A stretch of 64,000 nt of DNA from the NCBI GenBank assembly GCA_034520965.1, contig JAXHMY010000003.1, positions 448,001-512,000 on the forward strand, in the 5' to 3' direction. The translations under genes were made by a program, and so were the position numbers. Numbering within the stretch: position 1 is the stretch's first letter; each line of letters begins with the position of its first letter. Below, piece by piece: positions 10,675 through 20,586 of this stretch. This DNA is from Spirochaetia bacterium (lineage in GTDB: Bacteria; Spirochaetota; Spirochaetia; DSM-16054; Sediminispirochaetaceae). The notes below the pieces were generated by a model that ran no database searches, had not been told where the DNA came from, and saw nothing but the letters and a program-made list of their open reading frames with translations.

Positions 10675-11778
10675 TTATATAGCCGGTGTGTAGTCCATTC
10701 CAAAGGTATCTGCCACCGCTTTGTAGGTCAGTGCTCCATCGTAAAGGTTAATACCTAATTTAAGCGCTTCGTTTTCTTTGGCCGCCTTCTCCAGCCCTTT
10801 GTTGGCAATCATAAGGCCGTACTTAAGGGTAGCGCTGGTAAGTCCAAGGGTAGCTGTACGTGCCACGGCACCCGGCATATTCGCCACGCAGTAATGGACT
10901 ACGCCGTCAATGGTGAAAGTCGGCTCATCATGGGTGGTGGGCTTAGTGGTTTCAATACATCCGCCCTGATCAACCGCCACATCTACAATCACTGAACCCT
11001 GTTTCATCTTTTTCAGATCAGCCCTCTTCACCAAATTCGGAGCCTTTGCGCCGGGAATCAGAACAGCTCCAACCAGTAAATCACTCTCGTGCAGCACTTT
11101 TTCGATGTTGGCCGGGTTGCTGTACAGGGTATTAATATGTCCTTCGAAGATATCATCAAGGTATTCCAGACGGTTCACATTGATATCAAGGATCGTAACC
11201 TGAGCACCCAAGCCATATGCCATTTTAGCCGCATTGGTGCCGACTACTCCCCCGCCGAGAATAGCAACCTTGCCCTTTTCGACCCCCGGAATTCCGCCCA
11301 GCAGTACCCCGCGCCCTCCGAAGGGGCGTTCAAGAAACTTGGCCCCCTCCTGAATACTCAAGCGGCCGGCAATCTCACTCATGGGTTTCAACAGCGGCAG
11401 CTGCCCGTCCGCAGTCTCGATGGTCTCGTAGGCAACCCCTTTGATTCCGGCTTTTAACAAACCCTCGGTCAGCTCACGTTCGGCGGCCAGATGCAAATAC
11501 GTAAAGAGGATCTGTCCCTTATGAAACAGCTCCCATTCATCGGGCTGCGGCTCCTTTACTTTTACAATCATATCTGAGTTATCAAACACCTCTTTCCGGT
11601 CTTTTGCTATCGAAGCCCCGGCCTGGGTGTACTCTTCGTCCGTAAAACCGGCGTTTATACCAGCCCCCGCCTCAATACTCACCGAATGACCTGCCGCAAC
11701 ATACGCTTTCACGCATGAAGGAGTCAGGCCCACACGGTATTCATGGCGCTTAATTTCCTTCACAGAGCCTACCTTCAT
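10675..11778 (-). CDS. ald: Alanine dehydrogenase
   Basis: KEIKRHEYRV, KVKEP, FTYLHLAA, GGGVVG, DVAVDQGG, YCVANMPGAV. Confidence 0.97.
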   Translation of the reverse strand: MKVGSVKEIKRHEYRVGLTPSCVKAYVAAGHSVSIEAGAGINAGFTDEEYTQAGASIAKDRKEVFDNSDMIVKVKEPQPDEWELFHKGQILFTYLHLAAERELTEGLLKAGIKGVAYETIETADGQLPLLKPMSEIAGRLSIQEGAKFLERPFGGRGVLLGGIPGVEKGKVAILGGGVVGTNAAKMAYGLGAQVTILDINVNRLEYLDDIFEGHINTLYSNPANIEKVLHESDLLVGAVLIPGAKAPNLVKRADLKKMKQGSVIVDVAVDQGGCIETTKPTTHDEPTFTIDGVVHYCVANMPGAVARTATLGLTSATLKYGLMIANKGLEKAAKENEALKLGINLYDGALTYKAVADTFGMDYTPAI

Positions 11779-11888
11779 AAACCACCTCCAATTATTTTAA
11801 ATATTGATCTCCTGATTTATGTATTGTGAAGCCAAATTTTTACTCTGTCAAATTATTTTTTGTATATACAAATATATCAATTGTTACC

Positions 11889-13091
11889 TTAACCGTGAAT
11901 CCAGGAGAGAAAGGAGCCGCTCATTGCATCAACACCGATTTTCCATCCCCCTCGCAGGAACACCCGGGGCACCCGTTTTCCAATTAGACAGGTTACTTCG
12001 TAGGTAATTGTGCCGGCTCGCTCCGCCAGCTCTTCACTGCTGATACGGTCGCTTCGCCCTTGCCACTGCTGGCTTCCCAGCAGTACAGCCCTATCCCCCA
12101 CTTTCACCGATTCAGGAATATCAGTCAGATCAACGGTAATCATGTCCATCGATACACGCCCCACCACAGGTACCCGCATTCCATGGACTATCACATCCGC
12201 ATTGCCTGAATAATCGCGAATAAAACCGTCGCCATACCCAATCGGCAGCACCCCGATACGCGAAGGACGGCTGGTAACAAAGGTTCGACCATACCCAATA
12301 CTGGTATTGACGGGAAAATCATCGACCTTAATGAACGCGCTCTGCAGGGTAAAAGCTTCCTGCAGCGGTACAGAATGATCGACCTCACTACTTGGGTACA
12401 TACCAAAGCTTGATACCCCGGGTCTGATAAGCTGAAAGCCGGATTCATGCGGAAAATCAAGCACCGCACCGCTGTTTGCAACATGGGTATACTCCGGTTG
12501 GATTCCCAATTCCTTCAATTGCCGAAGCAGGTTGGAAAAACTTTCTATCTGCTGAAAACTAAAACCTTTGTCACTCTCGTCGGATATTGGAAAATGAGTA
12601 AAAACGCCCTCAAGCTGCAGGTAAGATAAATTTTGTAATTCTCTAAAAAAATTTAAGGCCCGCGGCATCTGTACTCCGAGCCGCCCCATTCCGGTATCGA
12701 CATTTACATGAATTGGAACGGTGCTGTGCATTTTCGCGGCAACCTTATTTACTTCCCGGGCATACTCTAAAGAGGAAACACTGAACTTTACCTTTCGCTC
12801 GATCCCAGGGGCAATTTCATCGGAGAAAAGATCTTCAAGCATCATTAGCGGCAGGTTCACTCCGTTGCTGCGCAGATACTCTACCTCCTCTAAAGCTGCA
12901 ACCCCTCCGGCAAAGGCACCTAGTTCCTCTGCCAATCGGCCTACCGCTACACTGCCGTGGCCGTAGGCATCAGCCTTTAAGAGTACCACATACCCCTTTT
13001 CCTTCCCGGCCCGCTTCCACAAGGTATTGATATTATGTTCAATAGCATCAAGATCAATTACTGCATGAGTTCTTCGTATTGGTATATGCAT
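11889..13091 (-). CDS. alr: Alanine racemase
   Basis: PLP-Lys motif LKADAYGHG, DTGMGRLG, HVANSG, IGYGDG, VGRVSMD, TITYE. Confidence 0.96.
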   Translation of the reverse strand: MHIPIRRTHAVIDLDAIEHNINTLWKRAGKEKGYVVLLKADAYGHGSVAVGRLAEELGAFAGGVAALEEVEYLRSNGVNLPLMMLEDLFSDEIAPGIERKVKFSVSSLEYAREVNKVAAKMHSTVPIHVNVDTGMGRLGVQMPRALNFFRELQNLSYLQLEGVFTHFPISDESDKGFSFQQIESFSNLLRQLKELGIQPEYTHVANSGAVLDFPHESGFQLIRPGVSSFGMYPSSEVDHSVPLQEAFTLQSAFIKVDDFPVNTSIGYGRTFVTSRPSRIGVLPIGYGDGFIRDYSGNADVIVHGMRVPVVGRVSMDMITVDLTDIPESVKVGDRAVLLGSQQWQGRSDRISSEELAERAGTITYEVTCLIGKRVPRVFLRGGWKIGVDAMSGSFLSWIHG

Positions 13092-13136
13092 ACTCTGCCT
13101 TCCTCTTTAAAAATCTGTAGAATACACTTAAAAACA

Positions 13137-13165
13137 GTGTAGCCCTGTCTTCCTCTTGGGTCAAA
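13137..13165 (-). promoter_or_regulatory. Sigma70-type promoter of alr
   Basis: TTGACC-17 nt-TACACT. Confidence 0.5.
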
Positions 13166-13219
13166 CAATTTGACTTACCGGTAATAGATTCTTATGTTTA
13201 AACAAAACAAGGAGGCTGT

Positions 13220-13410
13220 ATGCCGCATAACTGGGACATAGAAGAAGTAAAGGAAGTATTTGGACACGAGAAGGTAAACGAATACCTGCGAACTGGATGG
13301 GTACTTTTCAGCCACCCATGTAGTAGGAACGATGGAAGCGGGAATTGCCTAACCCACCACTTATGTATGTGCTTGGCCGGCCGCGAAAAAAAGATCAGCC
13401 CAAGGAGTAG
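13220..13410 (+). CDS. Small hypothetical protein, probably frameshifted
   Basis: Strong AGGAGG RBS; EEVKEV...VNEYLRTGWVL; an alternative frame ends PLMYVLGRPRKKDQPKE* at 13410, which avoids the antisense overlap with hcpR. Confidence 0.45.
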
Positions 13411-13437
13411 ATCGAAGGATTACATATCGAGGGGCAG

Positions 13438-14124
13438 TCAGTTCTTCTCTAAAACAGCTTCCAGCTTTTCCCGTTTTAATATATGTATTTGCCGGCCCGT
13501 TTGCGAGAGAATCCCGCGGGTACAAAATTGAGAAAATTCCCTGGACAGGGAAGGTCGGGTAACACCAAAAATTTCCGCTAAAGCTTCCTTGGTGAGTGGG
13601 AGTAAAGGGCTGTCGGTTCCCTGTGTATCGGCCTGTTCAAGAAGATAACCGGCAATTTTTTCTGTGATAGTGGCAAACTGCACCAGACGCAGTTTTTCCG
13701 CCAATATTGTCAAACGGAGGCCGGAATCCCGTAAGAAGTTGGTAAGAAAGCGCTCTTCCTGCTGTAGCAAACGTATGACCTGTGGTCGGGGTATACTGCA
13801 GATAACGACATCGGTTTCAGCGGAAAGGTTTACCGGCAGGTTATTCTCCGGAGCAAATAAAATTGAAGAAGCTACCGCTTCGGAGGTCTTCAAAGTTTCT
13901 ACTTTTAACACTTTACCGCTAAAATCCTGAAACTCCGCAGCAATCCTACCCTCTACTAGTATCCATAAGTTTGTATACACATCCCCGCGAAAGGCAATCA
14001 GTGCCCCGCGATTGTAGCGGAACAAATGACACTGCTCCCCGGAGAACAGATTTTCAACTTTACTGCGTTGCATTCCATCAAACAGATGACAGGCAAGTAA
14101 AGCCTTTAGATGATCTTCCTGCAT
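13438..14124 (-). CDS. hcpR: Crp/Fnr-family regulator (HcpR-like)
   Basis: cNMP-binding fold and HTH LAEIFGVTRPSLSRE; divergent from hcp; GGAGG RBS before ATG 14124. Confidence 0.85.
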   Translation of the reverse strand: MQEDHLKALLACHLFDGMQRSKVENLFSGEQCHLFRYNRGALIAFRGDVYTNLWILVEGRIAAEFQDFSGKVLKVETLKTSEAVASSILFAPENNLPVNLSAETDVVICSIPRPQVIRLLQQEERFLTNFLRDSGLRLTILAEKLRLVQFATITEKIAGYLLEQADTQGTDSPLLPLTKEALAEIFGVTRPSLSREFSQFCTRGILSQTGRQIHILKREKLEAVLEKN

Positions 14125-14149
14125 GCCGGCCTCCTCCGTTACACATAGT

Positions 14150-14165
14150 TGTAACATATGTTACA
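14150..14165. promoter_or_regulatory. Candidate HcpR operator
   Basis: Perfect 16-bp palindrome TGTAACATATGTTACA between hcpR and hcp. Confidence 0.7.
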
Positions 14166-14228
14166 GCTTTATTCCGATCCAAAGGATATAATAAAAATAG
14201 AAAAAATTGAACCAAGGAGGAACAATAT

Positions 14229-15861
14229 ATGTTCTGTTATCAATGTCAAGAAACTGCCGGAAACGTCAGTTGCACCGTCAAAGGTGTCTGCGGTAAGGAT
14301 GAACCTACTTCAAATCTTCAGGATTTGTTGATCCACACTTTAAAGGGAATCGGGCTTATCCACAGCAAGGGTAATCTGAGCGAAGCTGACGAGATGGAAG
14401 CCGGCCGTTTCACAGTAGAGGCGCTGTTTGCCACCATCACCAATGCAAACTTTGATGAAGACCGCATCTCGAAACTGATCGATACAGCCCTGCGGCTGCG
14501 GGATTCCCTTGCCGAAAGGGCTGGAATCAACTCCGCCGACCTCGGCGATGCAGCGGTGTGGCAGGGTACTGATAAAAACGGAGTACCTCGACAAAGCCCC
14601 TGAAGTAGGCGTGCTTTCCACGGAAAATGAAGACATCCGTTCCCTGCGGGAGCTAACCATCTACGGTCTAAAGGGCATGTCGGCCTACACAGACCATGCA
14701 AAAATACTCGGCTATGAAGATATCGAGGTATACCGCTTTATTCTTAAAGCCCTGGCTTCTACAACTCAAAATCTATCGGCGGAGGACCTTACCGCCCTGG
14801 TACTGGAAACCGGCTCAACCGCCGTGAGCGCTATGAAGCTGCTCGATACGGCCAATACAGAGACCTACGGAAATCCGGAAATAACGCAGGTAAATATCGG
14901 AGTGCGAGACCGCCCTGGAATTCTTATTTCCGGTCACGATTTGAAGGACATGGATGAGCTGCTGAAACAAACCGAGGGAACAGGTGTGGACGTGTATACC
15001 CACAGCGAAATGCTGCCGGCAAACTACTATCCGGCCTTCAAAAAGTACGAGCACTTTGTTGGAAATTACGGCAACGCCTGGTGGAAGCAGAACAAAGAGT
15101 TTGAGGCCTTTAACGGCCCGATTGTAATGACCACCAACTGTATCACCCCTGTAAGAGATACGTATAAAGACCGTATTTTTACCACCAATATGGCCGGATA
15201 TCCGGGAGTTCAGCACCTGCCCAACCGACCTGAGGGCGGCAGCAAGGACTTTAGCCGGGTAATTGAACTGGCCAAGAAGTGTGATGCCCCTACCGAGCTT
15301 GAGAGCGGGCAAATAGTCGGCGGCTTCGCCCACCATCAGGTTATGCAGCTGGCCGATAAAATTGTGGACGCCGTAAAAACCGGTGCGATTAAACGCTTTG
15401 TAGTTATGGCGGGCTGCGACGGCCGGCATAAAAATCGCAATTATTTTACCGATGTAGCCCAGGAGCTGCCCCAGGATGCGGTTATCCTTACCGCCGGCTG
15501 TGCGAAGTACCGCTACAACAAACTTAACCTAGGTGACATTGGGGGAATCCCCCGGGTATTGGATGCCGGACAATGTAACGACAGTTACTCCCTGGCCGTA
15601 ATCGCCCTTAAACTGAAGGAAGTATTTGAACTTGATGATGTAAATGAACTGCCGATATCCTTCGATCTGGCCTGGTATGAGCAGAAAGCGGTGATAGTAC
15701 TGCTGGCCCTCTTATCCCTCGGCTTCAAGGGAATCAGGCTAGGACCAACCCTCCCCGCCTTTCTCTCGGCCAACGTGGTGAAGGTGCTGGTAGAGAACTT
15801 TGATATTAAACCTATCGGAGAGGTAAAAGAGGATGTTGCCGCGATAATGGCTGGCGCTTAA
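14229..15861 (+). CDS. hcp: Hydroxylamine reductase / hybrid cluster protein; extra A at 14574-14578
   Basis: MFCYQCQET...C...[46 protein letters not shown]. Confidence 0.96.
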
Positions 15862-16145
15862 GACTCTGTCAATTCAGCGATATCCTGGTATTCGGGATGT
15901 CTGCGTACAAAACTCACCACATAAGAGCATGTGGGAATGACCTTAAGATTTTGGCTGCGGGCCCATTCTAATGCGGCCCGCACCACCTTTCCTGCCACTC
16001 CACCGCCGCGCAGCTCCGGCGGCGAGTAGGTATGCTGGTACACCACCGAGGTATCATCCTTATACCGGTAAGTCATATGGGATTCCTTCCCATTTACTTT
16101 TATATAAAACTTCTTAGTTTTCTCATCGTGCTGTACTTCCGACAT
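15858..16145 (-). CDS. Small GNAT-family N-acetyltransferase (YjdJ-like)
   Basis: [27 protein letters not shown]...HPEY. Confidence 0.9.
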   Translation of the reverse strand: MSEVQHDEKTKKFYIKVNGKESHMTYRYKDDTSVVYQHTYSPPELRGGGVAGKVVRAALEWARSQNLKVIPTCSYVVSFVRRHPEYQDIAELTES

Positions 16146-16305
16146 GTTCTGCTCCTTTTATTTTTGAAAGCGCCTGATTTTTTCCCGGCTGAAGCGCAAG
16201 GCCGAGATTCTTCTTCCCCTGAACTTCATCTTCCACATAAAAGCTATTATCCTCTATACTCTACTAACTAGTATAATGATTGTAATACAATATTAGGAGA
16301 TATCA

Positions 16306-16644
16306 ATGGATACGATTAAATGGGCCGATTTTGAGCAAGTTGAACTGCGAGTAGGGACAATAACAGGGGTGCACAGCTTCCCTCAAGCCCGTCGCCCGGC
16401 TTACCAGCTGGTCATAGACTTTGGACCGGAACTCGGGAGCAAAAAATCAAGCGCCCAAATTACAGAACTATACACAGCCAAAGAGCTTCAAGGCAGACAG
16501 GTTGTGGCCGTTGTCAACTTCCCTCCCAAGCAAATAGGCACTTTTATGTCGGAATGCCTAGTAACCGGGTTTTATCAGAAAGACGGGGCGGTCGTGCTGG
16601 CTGTCCCTGAAAGGCCGGTTGAAAACGGCGCCAAACTGCTTTAG
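16306..16644 (+). CDS. csaA: tRNA-binding protein / secretion chaperone CsaA
   Basis: DFEQVELRVG, IDFGPELG.KKSSAQIT, VVNFPPKQIG.FMSECLVTG. Confidence 0.92.
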   Translation: MDTIKWADFEQVELRVGTITGVHSFPQARRPAYQLVIDFGPELGSKKSSAQITELYTAKELQGRQVVAVVNFPPKQIGTFMSECLVTGFYQKDGAVVLAVPERPVENGAKLL

Positions 16645-17175
16645 TTAATTTTCTTTAATAGGCGCGTCTAAGGGACGGATAATCACATAATCGTTCGATT
16701 TCATACCGGCATGACACTCAATGCAGCTGCTTACCCGGCCGGAGACCCTTACCGTTCCGTCCGGCGCATAATTAGTCCAGAACCAGTTTCCATCATTCGG
16801 TGCGAACTGCTTCACCTTTGCCATGACGGTAATTGCACTCAGCTCTTCATCGGTGCTGTAGTTTTCCTTTACGATGAGTGTTCCATGGGGGGCGATTTTT
16901 GATTCTACCGGGAGTGCTTCAATGAGGGTATGGTTCACGAAGACCTTGTGGAAAGGCCCATGCGGTGCCTGTCCGGGCCGCAGTCCTTCATGACCCGGCA
17001 AGTACTCGTAGTTGGTATAAGGATTCTCCTCGGTAATGCGCAGCCAAAGGGTTTCAGCATCTATTTCGCCCTTTTCGAGCGGTTCGAGTACAAGCTGCTC
17101 CTCTTGGCTGCAGCCGATAAAAAGCAAGCCCGCCGCCACTGCGAGCAGGGCAAATAGGACCGTTGTGCGCCTCAT
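16645..17175 (-). CDS. Cytochrome P460-family lipoprotein
   Basis: Lipobox-type signal (LFIG-C), FHKVFVN, GTLIVKE, VMAK, GNWFW, C-terminal haem motif CIECH (16711..16725), DYV. Confidence 0.82.
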   Translation of the reverse strand: MRRTTVLFALLAVAAGLLFIGCSQEEQLVLEPLEKGEIDAETLWLRITEENPYTNYEYLPGHEGLRPGQAPHGPFHKVFVNHTLIEALPVESKIAPHGTLIVKENYSTDEELSAITVMAKVKQFAPNDGNWFWTNYAPDGTVRVSGRVSSCIECHAGMKSNDYVIIRPLDAPIKEN

Positions 17176-19400
17176 GGGTTCTCCTCCATTGGTAAGGTAA
17201 TAGTAAAGCGCGTGCCGGAACCCTTTCTGGTCCAGACACCGATTTTCCCGCCCAGTCTTTTGACCTCAGAGTAGACCGCATCAAGGCCCACTCCACGGCC
17301 GGATAATTGGTTGGCCTCGCTTTTGGTGCTGAAGTCGGGCTTGAACAAAAGTTTGATAAGCTCTTTTTCGGAGTATTCTTTATCGGGAGCGATTAGATTT
17401 TGGTCTACAGCTTTTCGCTTTACCCGTTCCAGATCGATCCCGCGTCCGTCGTCCCTTATCTCTATTTTTATGCTCCCGTCTTTTTCAGCAAAATTGATAC
17501 TGAGATGGGCCTTCTCCGACTTCTCGAGGCTGATCCTCTCTATGCTTTCCTCGATTCCATGGTCCAGGGAATTGCGTACCAGGTGGATTATCGGATTTCG
17601 CAAATGGGCCAGCTGCGGAACTTTGCTCACTTCATTGTGCACTTCTACCTCGACCCCTTTTCCCAATTCATCGGCAATATCATAAATCATCTTTTCGATG
17701 GTTTCTAAAAAGTTGCGCAGAGATGTTTCGGCCAAATCCGAGTCCGGAGTAGTTTGGGCAAAAGATTGAAACTTATCATTCATATCGCGGATGTTCTGCA
17801 GCTCCTGTCGCAGTTCTTCGATACGTGATTCAAGCTGTTGGAGTATATCTTCGTTTTGAGCCGGGACTTTGTCCCGTATCGAAAGCAACAGCGATTCGGT
17901 CTCATGGGCTATATCCGCAATTCTGCGAAACTCGAGGTAGCGGGCAGAACCTTTGAGTGAGTGCAGGTCGCGCATATACGCGGTGATGTTGCGGTTCGCA
18001 TCGGGATTCTCAAGCACCTCCTTCAGCTTCTCCAGGGTTGAGCGCGCATCGGCCTCGAACTCGACAAAGGAATCCGGTCCGATTTTGAGAAGTGTAGCGA
18101 TATGCTCGAGTTCCGATTTACTGCGTTCCTTTTCCTGCTGAAGTTCGGCCTGCATTTGAACGATATCGGTTTTATCGTTAAAGATAGCCATTACGTTTTC
18201 GACCTGGTTTCCGGAGAAGATACGCTGAAAATTCACCTCTACCACGATTTCTTTGGTTCCATCCGGGGTTTTTATCTGCAAATTTTTCTCAGACAAAGGG
18301 TTGATGGACAGTATCATATCCATATCGGTCTGTGTGTTTTGGAAGATCATATTGATAAACTGGTCAAGTTCCTTGCGCTCTTCAGAATCTTCCGGTCGAC
18401 CGGGATAAATGAACTCGCTGAACCGGCGTCCGGCAATTTCATCGGTGGCAAATAGTTCACCGATGTACCGGGGAGTACCGGTCGCTGATAGTTCCATCCT
18501 TGCGTATCAGCAGTAAGCCCTCGTTGATATTGTCCAGGTATTTCTTGTTCTCACTGTTTTTGGTTTCGATAACGCTGTTTTCGATCTCGAGGCGGCTCTT
18601 CTCTTTTAAGCCCGTAATCATGCTGTTTATTTTTTCTGAGAGCAACCCGAGCTCGTCTTTGCTTTTGACCCGGGACTGCACATCGAGATTACCGCTCCCT
18701 ACCGTACCGACCACGCTTCCAATTTCCAGTAAGGGATTAATGATAATGCGCTGCATGAGCAAAATGAGCAGCATTGCAATTGCGATTCCTGTCGCGATAA
18801 AGAAAAGAGTAAGCATATTTCGAGAGGAGGAGATTTGCTGAAATGTTCTATCCAGAAGAAAACTCTGATAATACGCCACGCCGCGGGTAAGCTTTTCCGT
18901 GCCATGGCACTGACGACATTCTGCGTAGTTCAGGATCGGAAAAAAGTATTCGATGTTCTGTTCGTCCAGGTTCTCCACATAGCGGGGAGTATTCGAACTG
19001 ACTACCTCCTGAAACACCTCGCGCGTGTTCTTTCTCGTTTCCACTCTTGGAGTTTGATCGAACATTATTCTGTTTTGAAACGAATTGACGAACTCTAAAG
19101 TGGAATAGTCGGAGAATGCAATAGTTCCGTCGCGGCGGAACAGTTCGAGCTGCTCAAAACCCTGGATTCGCTCGTGAGGTCGTCCATAGTGTTCACTGCC
19201 AAGGGGGCTTCCCCGCTCAGCATGAGATTTTGGATGACGCTGTTGAGAATATCATTGCTGGTAATCAAGTTGCGCTTCTGTGTATCGAGAATTGCATTCC
19301 GTTGATTGGTCACCGCTATCACGATGGAAACTGCGACACTGATCAACAGCAACAGAGTGATTGCGGTAACTACTTTGCCTCGAATCGACCTTTGCTGCAT
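17172..19400 (-). CDS. Membrane-anchored CheA-like histidine kinase: TM, periplasmic CXXCH sensor, TM, HAMP, PAS, Hpt, HATPase; no CheW domain; frameshifted at ~19170 and ~18470
   Basis: Three ORFs (19095..19400, 18457..19065, 17172..18497) join into one protein: PILNYAECRQCHG, HAMP (NPL...DELGLL...NSM), PAS (LDNINEGLLLI), Hpt (LHSLKGSAR...AHETE), HATPase (HLVRNSLDHG, DDGRG, SGRGVGLD, GTRFTITLP). Confidence 0.85.
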
Positions 19401-19409
19401 CTGTTTTCC

Positions 19410-19871
19410 TTACACCATGTCTCTGAGTGATACATTCACTGAGAAGGGACCACATTCGGAGTCAAAGGGTATGGCCACAATTGGAATTCCCTCCGGCCAA
19501 TGAATATGATAGCTGGTGCCGGTGACGACCCCCGGCAGGGATATATCAATTCTGAAATCGAGCAAATCCTGCTTTGCATTTCCGGCAATGATATTGATGA
19601 GCTCCCCCACTCCGTCGATCACTTCACTACTCAACGCCTGGTATGTTTTTTGCTCCATCTTGGAAACCACCTGAATGGCGGTTTCACGGGAGAAGCTGAT
19701 AACTACAGCTCCCTTCGTCTCGCCGGCCAAGCCGATAATACCCGAAACCTCAAACATATTTTTTGGATCTTTTTTGAGATACGGCTTTTGAGGGGTTACT
19801 TCAACATTGATAAAATTGTTGAATAGATTTGTAGTTGCTTTGATAAAGGGATTGATATATTTTGCCTGCAT
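19410..19871 (-). CDS. cheX: CheY-P phosphatase CheX
   Basis: YINPFI, VSGIIGLAG...G, catalytic ExxN (GELINIIAGNA), ISLP; GGAG RBS before ATG 19871. Confidence 0.92.
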   Translation of the reverse strand: MQAKYINPFIKATTNLFNNFINVEVTPQKPYLKKDPKNMFEVSGIIGLAGETKGAVVISFSRETAIQVVSKMEQKTYQALSSEVIDGVGELINIIAGNAKQDLLDFRIDISLPGVVTGTSYHIHWPEGIPIVAIPFDSECGPFSVNVSLRDMV

Positions 19872-19879
19872 GCTGTCTC

Positions 19880-20250
19880 CTACTCCTGAATATATTTGCC
19901 TATTTTTTCCCAGAGTGTATTTCCGCGAACAGGTTTGATTATGTAGTTGGTAACCCGGCATTGATGGCTTCCACTACGTTGTATTTGGCGGATTCAGAGG
20001 TAATCATGATGATTGGAGTCTCAGCATACTTGTCCATAGCACGAATTACCTGAACCAGCTTCAATCCGTCAATTTTTGGCATGTTCCAATCCACCAAAAA
20101 GATACCGATATCCTGCTCTTTGGCGATTTTCAGGGCTTCCTCTCCGTCGGTCGCCTCTATAATGTCTGATTCGGCAATATTTTGCTCTAACAGAGTGTTT
20201 TTATGGATTCTGCGCATGACTCCCGAATCATCAATTACTAAAATTTTCAT
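19880..20250 (-). CDS. cheY: CheY-like single-domain response regulator; missing G at ~19955
   Basis: ILVIDDS, DWNMP, IMITSE; repaired C-terminus AGVTNYIIKPV...YIQE*. Confidence 0.85.
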
Positions 20251-20586
20251 TCTATCCTCCCACCGGTGCTTCTGATCTTGTGGTCTGAAAAAGTAATTCG
20301 TAACCAGCTACGGTAAGTGTAAGAGAGTTAATATATTACCGCAAGAGTAATTTTTTATTTATTGTAGAAATGATGAACAGATCAATACCCAAAGTGCGGC
20401 AGCAATTTGATAATTTCAAAGTTTTTTTTTAACAACAACTCTTTACTTCACAGCATCAATCAACAAGACTTATTGTAAGAATGCTTCCTGTCACTCCTAC
20501 TATTATTGTAAGGCAGAAAAATGTGGAAGACAGAAAATTCAAAAGTAAGTTATATAAGAAAACTCTAAGAGTTGAGGGGGATATGA

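Noticed and set aside
14570..14582. Programmed frameshift or phase variation in hcp and other split genes
   Set aside because: The runs are short (5 nt or fewer), there are no slippery heptamers with stimulators, and housekeeping genes are hit equally; sequencing error is more parsimonious.
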